The position numbers and the translations under genes were made by a program. From NCBI GenBank assembly GCA_016192455.1, contig JACPUC010000009.1, positions 62,001-126,000 of the forward strand: a DNA stretch of 64,000 nt, in the 5' to 3' direction. The notes under the pieces were generated by a model. That model had not been told where the DNA came from, made no database searches, and worked only from the letters and a program-made list of their open reading frames with translations. This document shows, one piece after another, positions 22,280 to 35,877 of the stretch (the stretch's first letter is position 1; every line of letters starts with the position of its first letter). The stretch is from Candidatus Tectimicrobiota bacterium (GTDB lineage: Bacteria; JACPUC01).

Positions 22280-22499
22280 CGCTTCCGCCCCTTCTATGCC
22301 GCAGCCCCTCGGCCCCCATCGCCGGCCCAGAGGATGAACCGGGTGGGGGGCGAGGCGGCAAACGTCAATGCATCTGTTCTTCGTCAACTATGGTACGACG
22401 AGAGCGAAAAGTACAGGGGGAATATGCCCCGCGACGGAGGGGACCACCGCCCCGCAAGGCGCCGGGGGCGCGGCCGGAGGCAGACGGGAGCGCCGCGCG

Positions 22500-23774
22500 C
22501 TAGCCGGCGCGCTCGGCTTTGGCGCCGATATCGGTGCGGTACTGCGCGCCCTCCCAGGAGATGCAGTGCGCGGCGGCGTAAGCGCGCCGGCGGGCTTCGG
22601 CGAAGGTGGGCGCCACGGCGGTCACTCCCAGCACCCGGCCGCCGTTGGTCAGCCACGCCGCGCCCTGGCGCCGGGTGCCGGCATGGTAGATGGTAACACC
22701 CTCCACCTTGCCTGCCTCGTCGAGACCGGAGATTGCCCTGCCCTTCTCGTACGCCCCCGGGTAGCCGCCCGAGGCCATGACGACGCAGACCGCCGACGCC
22801 GCGCGCTGCTTCAGGGGCAGCGTGTGGAGTCGTCCCTCGGCCGTGGCCATCAGGACCTCCAGCAGGTCGCCGTCGAGGAGCGGCAGGATGACCTGGGCCT
22901 CGGGGTCTCCGAAACGAACATTGAACTCCAGGACGCGCAGGGCGCCCTCCTTGATCATCAAGCCAGCGTAAAGGATGCCGCGGAACGGCGAGCCTGCGGC
23001 GGCCATGCCGCGCACCACCGGCTGCATCACCTGCCGCATGGCGGCCTCGGCCAGCGCCCGCGTGACGATGGGCGCCGGGGCGTACGCCCCCATGCCGCCG
23101 GTGTTGGGGCCGCGGTCGCCGTCGCCGATCGGCTTGTGGTCCTGCGAGGGGGCCAGGGGCGCAATGGTCTCCCCATCCACCAAGGCGATGAAGGAGGCTT
23201 CCTCACCCTCGAGGAACTCCTCGACCAGGAGGCGCTCGCCCGCGGCGCCGAACTCGCGCTCCTCCATCATGCGGCGGATGGCCTCCTCGGCCTGCCGCCG
23301 ATCCTGGCAGATGATGGCTCCCTTGCCCGCCGCCAGGCCGTCCGCCTTCACCACCAGGGGCGCCCGCATGCGCGCCGCGGCCTGGCGCGCCTCGCCGGGT
23401 GTGGCGCAGAGGTGCGCCTCGGCGGTGGGGACGCCGCAGCGGCGCATGACCTGCTTGGCGAAGACCTTGCTCCCTTCGAGCGCGGCGGCGGCGCGGCTCG
23501 GCCCAACGATGCGCAAGCCGGCGCTCTGAAAGGCGTCGACAATCCCCAGCGTCAGCGGCGCCTCCGGCCCCACCACCGTGAGGTCGATCGACTCGCGCCG
23601 GGCAAAATCGTAGAGCGTGGCCACATCTTCGGCGGCAATCGGCAGCAGCCGCGCCTGCAGGCCGATGCCGTCGTTCCCCGGCGCGCAATAGAGTTCCGGC
23701 GCGGCGGCGCTCTGGGCGAGCTGGGCGACGAGCGCATGCTCCCGCCCACCCGCGCCGACGACGAGGACCTTCAT
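22500..23774 (-). CDS. purD: Phosphoribosylamine-glycine ligase
   Basis: VVGAGGREHAL, LEGSKVFAK, KADGLAAGKG, GPNTGGMGAY, EFNVRFGDPE. Confidence 0.98.
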   Translation of the reverse strand: MKVLVVGAGGREHALVAQLAQSAAAPELYCAPGNDGIGLQARLLPIAAEDVATLYDFARRESIDLTVVGPEAPLTLGIVDAFQSAGLRIVGPSRAAAALEGSKVFAKQVMRRCGVPTAEAHLCATPGEARQAAARMRAPLVVKADGLAAGKGAIICQDRRQAEEAIRRMMEEREFGAAGERLLVEEFLEGEEASFIALVDGETIAPLAPSQDHKPIGDGDRGPNTGGMGAYAPAPIVTRALAEAAMRQVMQPVVRGMAAAGSPFRGILYAGLMIKEGALRVLEFNVRFGDPEAQVILPLLDGDLLEVLMATAEGRLHTLPLKQRAASAVCVVMASGGYPGAYEKGRAISGLDEAGKVEGVTIYHAGTRRQGAAWLTNGGRVLGVTAVAPTFAEARRRAYAAAHCISWEGAQYRTDIGAKAERAG

Positions 23775-23830
23775 ACCCTGCTCCCGCGACCTCGCTGCCC
23801 TCTTACTTCTGCTATCGCCGGGCCTCAAAC

Positions 23831-23925
23831 CTGGGGGATCATTGATCCCCCAGACCCCCTCTCCTCGCGAGCTGCGCCGCAGCTCGCGTAAGCGGGGTGC
23901 GCGAGGGGAGATTGTCCCCTCGCAT
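23831..23925. repeat. Three-hairpin repeat, copy E, between purH and purD
   Basis: CTGGGGGATCATTGATCCCCCAG..CGCGAGCTGCGCCGCAGCTCGCG..GGGGTGCGCGAGGGGA..TCCCCTCGCA. Confidence 0.6.
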
Positions 23926-23984
23926 CATTTCTTCGCTGCATCGAAGTGTGGAACCTTGGTCCGCGAGTTTCTAAGGCGCGACGA

Positions 23985-25604
<1,620 letters not shown>

Positions 25605-25849
25605 CGCCGACTCCCCACCGAACGTTCCAGCAGCACCGGTCTGGCGGCAGCTCCAGCGGCAACGGGGCGCGCCGGCCGCGGCCCGCCCCCGACGACCCGA
25701 CAGGGGCATGGTAGCCGAGACCCCCCGGAGGTTCAAGGTGACCGGTGCAAGGCAGGTCCCCATGGGCCTGCGGCCCGCCCGCGAAGGGATGACCATGGGG
25801 TTTCCAGGGAGCGACCGTCTCTCCTGTCGAAGGGTTCGGCACCCGGGCT

Positions 25850-26062
25850 GTAGGGGCGCCGCTTGCTGCGCCCCAGCGTGGCGGCTCAAAGAGGGCGACG
25901 AAGCGGGCGGGGCAAGCCCCGCCCCTACGCTCTGCACATCCCGCCGCTGTACCACGCACGGCGGCAAACCTGCAAGCTCGTGAAATCAACCACTTAGACG
26001 GCTAGTTCCGAGGCAGGGTTCCATCCCATCGACCGTAGGGGCGGTTCGCGAACCGCCCCTAC
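25850..26062. repeat. Cluster of three GTAG REPs (25850-25874 +, 25904-25928 -, 26035-26062 palindromic)
   Basis: GTAGGGGCG..CGCCCC hairpins; 26035 is GTAGGGGCGGTTCGCGAACCGCCCCTAC. Confidence 0.75.
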
Positions 26063-26769
26063 CATCGGCATGCAAGGACCCGTGGAGGGAGGCTGAGATC
26101 GGTGTGCGTCCGTGTCGAGCGGTGGTTCCTTCCGCTCCCTTCTCCGTGTCGTCTGTGTCTCGGCGGTGCACTCCATTGAACCGCAGAGGCGCAGAGAACG
26201 CAGAGGTGAAGGACACCGGCCGCACGGCCGTCAGCCTCACCATCACAAGAAATCAATTACTTAGGGGTTCTTCTTTCTAGCGGGACGCTGAAGGGAAACG
26301 GCAAGCCTGGCGAGGCAGGGTTGATCCTCCTCCCCCAGCCGCCCTCCGCCGATGAGAGGGGTCGTGGGGGGGAGCGCCGGTCTGCCTGCAACGCCCCGGC
26401 GGGCGAGCAAAGAGCCGTCCTCCCTGGAGCAGTTCAAGCGTGTCGGCGCCCACAGCCGCCCAGACGATGAAAGAACAACCAAGGCGAGCCGACCGGCGGG
26501 CACAAGGGCAAGCTCTTCAAGAAGTTTTCTTCACTCCTCGCTCTTGCAATTCAGCTTCCGCCGCCTATATCTAAACGCGGCTGGAGAGAGAGGGTTCGAC
26601 TCGGTTGCGCGTCTTCAAGCAGAGACCACCTTGGCGTCCCGCCTGGGGGGATCGCTTGACCCGCGCTTGCGGCGCATGCTAGAAGTGCCTGAGGGGTGCG
26701 CGCCTGCCCCAACGAGGGGTGTCTCGCCGGCACGTCTCGCCTCCCCCACGGGCGCACGATTCATGTTGA

Positions 26770-27852
26770 GTGGCGATGCACCTTCCCCTTGATCTCAAGG
26801 GCGCCACCTTCGAGCAGGTGGCCGCGTTCGTAGCGGAGCTCGGCGAGCGGCCGTACCGCGCCCGGCAGCTCTATCGCTGGGTCTTCGCGCGGGACGCCGC
26901 CAGTATTGCCGCCATGACCGACCTCGCCGGCAGCTTCCGAACCAGGCTGGTGGGGCTGTGCGCCATCAGCCGCCTGCGGCTCGCCCATCAGCACCTGGCT
27001 CGGGATGGAACCCGCAAGTTTCTCTTTCGCTTGCAGGACGGCGAGGCGATTGAGACGGTCCTCATCCCCACCGAAGGGCGGCTCACCCTCTGCCTGTCGA
27101 CGCAGGTGGGGTGCAAGCTGGCCTGTGATTTCTGCCGCACGGGGGAGGGCGGGTTCGCCCGCAACCTGACGCCGGCGGAGATCGTCGACCAGTACCTCGC
27201 CGTGCAGCGCGAAGTCCTGGCGCCTGGCGGGGAGAAGATCACCAACCTTGTCTTCATGGGCATGGGCGAGCCGCTGGATAACTATGCGGACTTCGTCCAG
27301 GCCCTGCGCATCCTGACGGCTCCCGCGGGCCTGCACGTGGCGCCGCGCCGCATCACCCTCTCCACGGCCGGTCTCGTTCCCCGCATGGAGCAGTTCGGGC
27401 GCGAAGGGATTCCGGTCAAGCTGGCCGTCTCGCTCAACGCCACCACCGACGAGCAGCGCAACCGCCTCATGCCGATCAACCGCAGCTATGATCTGGCCCG
27501 CCTGCTGCAGGCCTGCCGGGCCTATCCCCTGGCGCGCCGGGACCGGATCACGTTCGAGTACGTGCTGCTGGGAGAGGTGAACGACACCCCCGAGGATGCG
27601 CAGCGGCTCTGTCGCCTGGTGCAAGGCATCCGCTGCAAGATCAACCTCATCCCCTTCAACCCCTTTGCCACGAGCCTCTACCGCGGGCCGCAGCCGGAGC
27701 GGGTGCAACGGTTCCTGGACATCCTCGTCGCCGGGCATTGCACGGCAACGCTGCGCGAGAGCCGTGGCGTGGACATCGAGGCCGCCTGCGGGCAGCTCCG
27801 CACGAGCGCGCCGGGCCTCGCCGAAGCGGCGCCCTTGGCGCTGCACGGTTGA
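26770..27852 (+). CDS. rlmN: 23S rRNA m2A2503 / tRNA methyltransferase (radical SAM)
   Basis: STQVGCKLACDFC, VFMGMGEPLDN, NLIPFN, AACGQL. Confidence 0.96.
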   Translation: MAMHLPLDLKGATFEQVAAFVAELGERPYRARQLYRWVFARDAASIAAMTDLAGSFRTRLVGLCAISRLRLAHQHLARDGTRKFLFRLQDGEAIETVLIPTEGRLTLCLSTQVGCKLACDFCRTGEGGFARNLTPAEIVDQYLAVQREVLAPGGEKITNLVFMGMGEPLDNYADFVQALRILTAPAGLHVAPRRITLSTAGLVPRMEQFGREGIPVKLAVSLNATTDEQRNRLMPINRSYDLARLLQACRAYPLARRDRITFEYVLLGEVNDTPEDAQRLCRLVQGIRCKINLIPFNPFATSLYRGPQPERVQRFLDILVAGHCTATLRESRGVDIEAACGQLRTSAPGLAEAAPLALHG

Positions 27853-28025
27853 AGCGGCGGCCACGGATGAGGAGAGATGCGGCGCGCCGTCGCCTCGTTG
27901 CGTCTCGACCGCCACGCCAGCGCAGGAATCGACATCTCTCGCAGCGAGAATAACCAAGAGGTTTGGTATCCGGTTTGTCTTGATATGTTGGAATGTAGAT
28001 AGGGGGGCCGGATACCCGCGCACCC

Positions 28026-28598
28026 ATGAAGAGATTTGGTTTGAAGGGGAAAAGGAAAGTGGAAAAAGTTGACATTTCTGAGTTACAGGAAATACCTGCT
28101 AAGGTGTTGAGGAATAAGAGAATCGCCGTCTACCCCGGGGCCTTCGATCCGGTCACCAACGGCCACCTGGACCTGATCAAGCGCGGCCTGCGCCTCTTCG
28201 ACCACCTGATCGTGGCCGCCACGAATAATCCGAACAAGCACCCGTTCTTCTCGATTGACGAGCGCCTGCACTTCATTCACACGGCGGTGAACGGCCTGCC
28301 GGGAAGTCTCGAGGTCTCCACCTTCGACTGCCTCCTCGTCGACTACCTGAAGCAGACGAAGGCCTGTGTCGTCCTGCGCGGGCTGCGCGCCATCTCTGAC
28401 TTTGAGTACGAGTTCCAGATGGCGCTGATGAACCGGAATCTTTTTGAGGACTTCGAGACCGTTTTCATGATGCCGAGCGTCGAGTATGCCTACCTGAGCT
28501 CGCAACTGGTGCGCGAGGTAGCGTCGTACGGGGGGGATATCACAGGTCTGGTGCCCGAGGTCGTGCGCCTCGCCTTTCAGAAGCGCCGCAGCGCGTGA
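28026..28598 (+). CDS. coaD: Phosphopantetheine adenylyltransferase (start uncertain)
   Basis: YPGAFDPVTNGH, RGLRAISDFEYE. Confidence 0.96.
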   Translation: MKRFGLKGKRKVEKVDISELQEIPAKVLRNKRIAVYPGAFDPVTNGHLDLIKRGLRLFDHLIVAATNNPNKHPFFSIDERLHFIHTAVNGLPGSLEVSTFDCLLVDYLKQTKACVVLRGLRAISDFEYEFQMALMNRNLFEDFETVFMMPSVEYAYLSSQLVREVASYGGDITGLVPEVVRLAFQKRRSA

Positions 28599-28734
28599 CG
28601 GCACCCCGAACTCGCAGAGGCAGCGAAGTCACGTCGAAACGCCCGCCGCGGCGGGCAGAGGCCCGTGCCGCCTGATCCTCACTCCCAGGGCCGGGCAGGT
28701 CCCCCACGTAGTTCCTTGGTTCGAGGACGTCACC

Positions 28735-29934
<1,200 letters not shown>

Positions 29935-29943
<9 letters not shown>

Positions 29944-31719
29944 GGCGTCGTGTTCGCCGCGGCGCCGCAACAGTTCCCGGGCATAGGTGCGGGTGGCGTC
30001 GGTCAGGGACGCGCCACCCGCAAGCCGGGCGATCTCCTCAACGCGTTCCTCCCCCGTCAGCTCACGGATAGTGATGCGCGTGCGGTTGCGGCGCACCTCC
30101 TTGGTGATGCAGTAGTGCGCGTCGGCCAGGGCGGCGATCTGCGGCAGGTGCGTGATGCAGAGCACCTGATGCCGCGCCGTCACCTCCTTGAGCTTCTCCC
30201 CCACCACCACGGCGGTCTCGCCGCCGATCCCCGCATCGACCTCGTCGAAGATCAGGCAGGGGATCTCATCCACCGCCGCGATCAGCCGCTTCACCGCCAG
30301 CATGAGGCGCGCCAGCTCGCCCCCCGAGGCGATGCGGGCCAGGGGTTTCGCCTCTTCGCCGGGGTTCGGCGCGAAGTAGAACTCCACGTCGTCAATGCCG
30401 TGCTCCGTCAGGCGGTAGGGGACCTCGTTGAGGCGCACCCACGTCGCCCCTTCGGGCGCCTGCGCATCCCCCGCCGCCGCCGCGCTCTCCGGCGCCGGGT
30501 GGAAGCAGATGAGGAACCGCGCCCCCTGCATGCGCAGGTCGCGCAGCTCGGCCTCCATCGCCGCGCCAAGCCGCGCCGCTCCCTGGCGGCGGGCCCGCGC
30601 CAGGTCCAGCGCCTCCTCCACCAGCTCCGCCCGCCGGCGCTCCGCCTCGCCGGCGAGCTCGGCGAGGCGCTCCTCCGCATGGTGGAGCTGGTCCAGCTCC
30701 GCCTTGCTCGCCGCAAGATAGGCCAGGACCTCGCCGAGGCTGCCGCCGTACTTCCGCTGCAAGCCGCGCAGAAGCTCGATGCGCTCCTCCACCTCCGCGA
30801 GGCGGGCCGGGTCTTGTTCGAGATGGGCGGCGTAGCCCTGCAGCTCGCGCGCCACCTCCTCGAGCTGCAGGCGCGCGGCTTCCAGCTCGTCTCGTCGCGC
30901 GGCCAGCCGTCCGTCAAGCTCAACCAAACGGCCCAGCCGGCGCGCCACGCTTCCCAGACGGGGCAGGATCGAGTCCTCCGCCTCGAAGAGATCTACCACC
31001 AAACCGTAGCTCTCCGCCGTGAGCTGCGCAGCGTGTTGCAGCACCCGCCGCTCCTGGGTGAGCGTCTCGATCTCGGCGACATCAATGGCGGCGGCTTCAA
31101 TCTCGGCGATCTGAAATCCGAGCAGGTCCCGCCGCTGCAGCCGCTGCCGCTCGGCGTCGCGCAGGCGGCGCCACTCACGCAGCAGCTCCTCGTACGCCGC
31201 GTAGCGCGCGGCGAAGTCCCGGGCCCGCGTGGTGAGGCCACAGGAGGCATCGAGGACGCAGCGGTGCTGGCGCACCTCGAGCAGCCTCTGATGCTGGTGC
31301 TGGCCGTGAAAGTTGACGAGTCTCTCGCCGATCTCCTTCAGCATCCCCACGGTGGCAAGCATGCCGTTGACGGACGCCCGGCCTTTCCCCGCCGCCAGGG
31401 TGCGCGTCAGGAGAATCTCCTCCGGAATCTCCTCCCCAACCCACGCCGCGCTTCCACCCCCTTCCAGGAGCCCCACCGCAAGGCTGCGCCGCACCTGCGG
31501 CAGGCCAGAGAGGTCGAAGAGAGCCTCCACGGTGCACTGCTCCGCGCCGCTGCGCAGCATCTCCGAGCTGAAGCGTCCCCCCAGGAGCACCGACAGGGCC
31601 GCGAAGATGATCGACTTGCCGGCGCCGGTCTCACCCGTGATGACGTTCAGGCCGGGCCGGAAGTCAATGGTGAGCTCGTCGATGATGGCGAAGTTGCGAA
31701 CCTGCAGGGTCTTCAGCAT
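29935..31719 (-). CDS. recN: DNA repair protein RecN
   Basis: ITGETGAGKS, ASGGELAR, FDEVDAGIGG, CITHLPQ. Confidence 0.97.
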
Positions 31720-31802
31720 GGCGGTGGACGTGAAGGAAGCTCCACGGGAGGCCGCGCGACCCGAGGCGGCGGGAGGCGACAGGGCGACGGGCCGGCGCGT
31801 CC

Positions 31803-32741
31803 TCAGAGCCGCGTCGTGCGGTGCGGCGCGGCAACGCCACGCCGCAACGGCTGCGTCTTGAAATTCTCACCCCAGCGCAACTTCTCGCGCAGCACTTGGT
31901 AGTAGCTCTTGCCGGTGGCATTGAGGAGGAGCATGTGGCAGGCCGCTTTCACCACCCGCACCGTATCATCCGGCTGCAGCGGCACCGCATGCTGGCCATC
32001 CAGGGTGATCAGGGCGTCTTCTTCATGCGTGCGCAAGGTGACCTCGATGATGCCGCTGTCCGGCAGCACGATCGGTCGGTTCGTCAGGGTGTGCGGGCAA
32101 ATGGGAGCCAGGATCATCGCCGGCATGGTGGGGTAAACCACCGGACCGCCCGCCGACAGCGCGTAGGCGGTGGAGCCGGTCGGCGTGGCGACGATCAGCC
32201 CATCGGCGCGGTACGTGGTCACGTACTGGGAATCGACGTAGGTCTCCAGCTCGATGATGCGCGCCAGGGTGCCTTTGTTGATGACGACATCGTTGATGAC
32301 CGGCACCTGGGGGAGAACCTCGCTGCCGCGCAGAATCGAGCACTCCAGCATGGTGCGCTCCTCGAGAGCGTACTTGCCGTCGAGCACATGCTCGAGCGCC
32401 CCATAGAGCTCATCGAGCCGAACTTCCGTCAGGAACCCCAGGCTGCCGAGGTTGACGCCGAGGACGGGGACTCCCGCCGCGCTGGCGTGGCGCGCCACGC
32501 TCAGGAACGTGCCGTCGCCGCCAAGCACCACGATCAGCTCCACGTAAGCGGGAAGGACGGAGCGGTTCACCACCCGGGGGCTGCCCGGCGCCGCTTCGCC
32601 CGCCACGTGGTTCAGGTAGACCGTGATCCCTCGCGCCTCCAGCCAGGCGCAGAGCTCAGCCAGCACCCGGCGCAGCACGTCGGTCTTCTGGGCCTTCGCG
32701 ACAATCCCGACGCGGTTGAACCGTTGCGTCTCGTGTTCCAC
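31803..32741 (-). CDS. nadK: NAD kinase
   Basis: LGGDGT, NLGSLGFL, NDVV, TPTGSTAYALSAGG. Confidence 0.97.
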   Translation of the reverse strand: MEHETQRFNRVGIVAKAQKTDVLRRVLAELCAWLEARGITVYLNHVAGEAAPGSPRVVNRSVLPAYVELIVVLGGDGTFLSVARHASAAGVPVLGVNLGSLGFLTEVRLDELYGALEHVLDGKYALEERTMLECSILRGSEVLPQVPVINDVVINKGTLARIIELETYVDSQYVTTYRADGLIVATPTGSTAYALSAGGPVVYPTMPAMILAPICPHTLTNRPIVLPDSGIIEVTLRTHEEDALITLDGQHAVPLQPDDTVRVVKAACHMLLLNATGKSYYQVLREKLRWGENFKTQPLRRGVAAPHRTTRL

Positions 32742-32884
32742 GATCCTGCCACTCCGCTGAGGTCGAGCCGATTGTAGGGCAAGGCGCGCGCCGGTTCAAG
32801 CGTTTGCCGCACCCACCGTTCGAGGTCATCCCAGCCGCTGAGCGGGACCAACGCCCGCGGCCAGGCGAGGTCCCCATGCCTCTC

Positions 32885-32914
32885 TTGACAGTTCACAAGG
32901 CCGTTGCTTACACT
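32885..32914 (+). promoter_or_regulatory. Putative sigma70 promoter for the ABC binding-protein gene
   Basis: TTGACA-N18-TACACT. Confidence 0.45.
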
Positions 32915-33142
32915 GGGCGCCATGCCACTGAATGAGTCGGCGTGGCGGGTCGGGATGCGCCAGAGCAGCCTTGTCGGGCGGCAGCCGGCGAGGGTCTCGG
33001 CGCCGACCTTTGAGGAGACGGGGCGCCTCAAACCGCGGACGCGCCTGTGGCGCGGCAAACTTCTTGGGCGAAGAAGGAGGCTGCGCGCGTCACGCCGCCC
33101 CAAGAAAGCGGCACTCATCACACGCAGTGGAGGAGGAGGATC

Positions 33143-34321
33143 ATGAGTCGACAGTACCGCGTATATCTCATCACCTTGCTGGTTCTGGCCGTGGGAGTGC
33201 TGGGAAGCGCGCCCGCGCCGGCGGCGCTCGAGGGCAAGACGGTGAAGTTCGGGGCCATCGTGCCGCTCACCGGGCGCGGCGCGCCCACCGGGCAGGGGAA
33301 CAAGCTGGGCATGGACATCGCCGTGGAGGAGATCAATGCGGCCGGCGGCATCGGCGGCAAGCCGATCGAGATCATCCTCTACGATTCGGCCGGCAAGAAC
33401 GAGGAGGGGGCCGCGGCGACGCGGCGCCTCATCGTCAGCGATAATGTGCTGGCGATCATCGGTCCCTGCCTGAGCGGCGTCGCCGAGGTGAGCTTTCCGG
33501 TGACGAACCGCCTGAAGACGCCGAGTATTGCGGTCTGCTCGGCGAAGCCCGGCGTGGCAGAGAAGAACCGGCCCTGGGCCTTCCGCAACACCACCATTTC
33601 CACCGCGCTCTACGAGCACGGCATCCGCCTCTGGGCCGAGAAGTACAAGATCAAGAAGGCCGCCGTCATCTACGACGCCCGCGACGCCTTCTCAAAGGCT
33701 GACGGCGCCATCGTCTTCCCCATCATGGCCAAGAAGGCCGGCGTGGAGATCGTGGACTCGGTGAGCTTCCAGACCGGCGACCTTGACTACAGCGGCCAGG
33801 TCACCAAGATCAAGGGGCTGAACGTCCAGGGCATGCTCATCGCTGGGCTCGTCAACGAGGCCGCCGCTATCGTCCGCGAAGCGAAGCGCCAGAACCTCTC
33901 TATCCGCATCTTCGGCGGCGGCGACCTCTCCTCGGGGAAGTTCATCGAGCTGGCCGGCAAGGACGCGGTGGAGGGGCTCTACTCGGTGACCGCCTTCTGG
34001 GTGAATAACCCGGATCCGCGCGCCCAGTCATTCCTGAAGAAGTTCCGCCCGCGCTACAACAACGTCGACCCGCACTTCACGGCGGCGCAAGCGTACGACG
34101 TCGTCTATATGCTGAAGCAGGTCATCGAGTCGGAAGGGGTGACGAACAAGGCGGAAGACCTCGAGAAGGATCGAGACCGGATTCGCATTGGCCTGGAGAA
34201 GATCAAGAACTTCCCCGGCCTCACCGGCATCACCACGATGACCAAAACCGGCGACGTGCAGAAAAAGATCCTCGTCCTCGTTGCCCGCAAGGGGGAGTAC
34301 CAGCTTGTCGAAGGCCAGTAG
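33143..34321 (+). CDS. ABC transporter substrate-binding protein, branched-chain amino acid (LivJ) family
   Basis: Strong RBS, signal peptide, PLTG, EEINAAGGIGG, AQAYD. Confidence 0.92.
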   Translation: MSRQYRVYLITLLVLAVGVLGSAPAPAALEGKTVKFGAIVPLTGRGAPTGQGNKLGMDIAVEEINAAGGIGGKPIEIILYDSAGKNEEGAAATRRLIVSDNVLAIIGPCLSGVAEVSFPVTNRLKTPSIAVCSAKPGVAEKNRPWAFRNTTISTALYEHGIRLWAEKYKIKKAAVIYDARDAFSKADGAIVFPIMAKKAGVEIVDSVSFQTGDLDYSGQVTKIKGLNVQGMLIAGLVNEAAAIVREAKRQNLSIRIFGGGDLSSGKFIELAGKDAVEGLYSVTAFWVNNPDPRAQSFLKKFRPRYNNVDPHFTAAQAYDVVYMLKQVIESEGVTNKAEDLEKDRDRIRIGLEKIKNFPGLTGITTMTKTGDVQKKILVLVARKGEYQLVEGQ

Positions 34322-34689
34322 TTCTGGCAGGTCAACCCAGCGCACGTAGCAGCCGACGCGAGAAGAGCGCCCGCCAAGGCGCTCCTCTTGGTTGCGCAGG
34401 GGGGCTGCGAAGGCGGGCGCCGAGGCACATCGAGGGGCGCGACGGCACACCTGCCGCCGCGCCTTTCAGTCTGCCGGCCCCAGGGTATCTAGCCAGGGTC
34501 GCGCGGCGTGTGGTATCGTGGAGCAGAGGAATTAAGCCCCACTCCATCGCAAGGCTTGCCGCGTCGGCACGGCGCAACGTGAACCGAGCGGCGACGGGGT
34601 GCGGCGCGAGCCGTTTCCAGTGCGGGGGGACCATGGTGAAGCGCGCCGCGCTTCTTGCCCGGCGCGATCATAGCGAAGGAGGCGGCACC

Positions 34690-35706
34690 ATGCAGGACAA
34701 GCTCGTCACCGTGCAGCGCTACCTCGCGGAGAGTCAGTCCCTGCATCCGGAAGCGACCGGAGCTTTCACCGAGCTGCTTTGGAACCTCATCCTCGCCTTC
34801 AAGATCATCTCCCGCGAAGTCAACAAGGCGGGTCTTGCCAGCATCCTCGGGCTTACCGGCGAGCGCAACATCCACGGCGAAGAGGTGAAGAAGCTCGACG
34901 TCTATGCCCACGAGACCATCGTCGGCATCATGCAGCGCAGCAGCCCGCTCTGCGGCATGGCCTCCGAGGAGGCCGAGGAGGTCATCCCCATCCCGCCGGG
35001 CCGGCCGCTGGGGAAGTACGTCCTGGCCTTCGACCCACTCGACGGCTCCTCCAACATCGATGCGAACGCCAGCATCGGCACCATCTTCTCGATCCACCAG
35101 CGCCTCTCGAAGGAAGGCCCGGCGGTGCGCGCCGACTTCCTCCAACCCGGCGGCCGCCAAGTGGCCGCGGGCTACGTCATCTACGGCTCCAGCACCATCC
35201 TCGTCTACTCCAGCGGCAGCGGGGTGGTGGCCTTCACCCTCGATCAGAGCGTCGGCGAGTTCCTGCTCTCGCACGCCGGCATCATCACCCCTGCCCAGGG
35301 GAAGATTTACAGCGTCAATGAAGGCAACGCCCTCACCTGGGACGCCGGCACGCAGCGCTACATCGCCCACCTGAAGGAGAAGGACGCGGCAAGCGGCCGT
35401 CCCTATTCGCTGCGCTACATCGGCAGCCTCGTCTCCGACTTTCACCGCAACCTCCTCTATGGCGGCATCTTCCTCTACCCCGCCAGCCAGGCCGATCCCG
35501 CCAAGCCGAAGCCCAAGCTGCGCCTCCTCTACGAAGTCGCCCCGCTGGCCTTGATCGCCGAGCAGGCGGGCGGCCGCGCCTCCACCGGCGCGGCGCGCAT
35601 CCTCGATCTGCAGCCCACCGAGCTGCACCAGAAAGTCCCCTTCATCGTCGGCAGCAAGGTGGACGTGGAGCGCTACGAAGCCTTCTTCCAGGGCAGGGAA
35701 CGGTAG
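34690..35706 (+). CDS. fbp: Class 1 fructose-1,6-bisphosphatase
   Basis: GEEVKKLD, DPLDGSSN, RYIGSLVSD, KLRLLYE. Confidence 0.96.
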   Translation: MQDKLVTVQRYLAESQSLHPEATGAFTELLWNLILAFKIISREVNKAGLASILGLTGERNIHGEEVKKLDVYAHETIVGIMQRSSPLCGMASEEAEEVIPIPPGRPLGKYVLAFDPLDGSSNIDANASIGTIFSIHQRLSKEGPAVRADFLQPGGRQVAAGYVIYGSSTILVYSSGSGVVAFTLDQSVGEFLLSHAGIITPAQGKIYSVNEGNALTWDAGTQRYIAHLKEKDAASGRPYSLRYIGSLVSDFHRNLLYGGIFLYPASQADPAKPKPKLRLLYEVAPLALIAEQAGGRASTGAARILDLQPTELHQKVPFIVGSKVDVERYEAFFQGRER

Positions 35707-35767
35707 CGCCGGGGGCAGGCGCGGGCAAAGAGGACCGACCGGGGCGCCCCGGCTGTCGCCCGACGAC

Positions 35768-35798
35768 GAACGGGGCCGCACCTGCTGTGGCCCCGTTC
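35768..35798. terminator. Stem-loop between convergent genes
   Basis: GAACGGGGCCGCA-cctgc-TGTGGCCCCGTTC; weak U-tract. Confidence 0.4.
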
Positions 35799-35877
35799 AG
35801 CCTTTCCCCCGCTCGACGCGACCTCCCCGCGCCGCCGCCCCGCAGGCAAACCCATGCCGCGCCCGCCCCGGGGGGCA

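Noticed and set aside
26592-26602. GGGTTCGACTC tRNA T-arm-like motif
   Set aside because: No cloverleaf, acceptor stem or CCA could be built around it.
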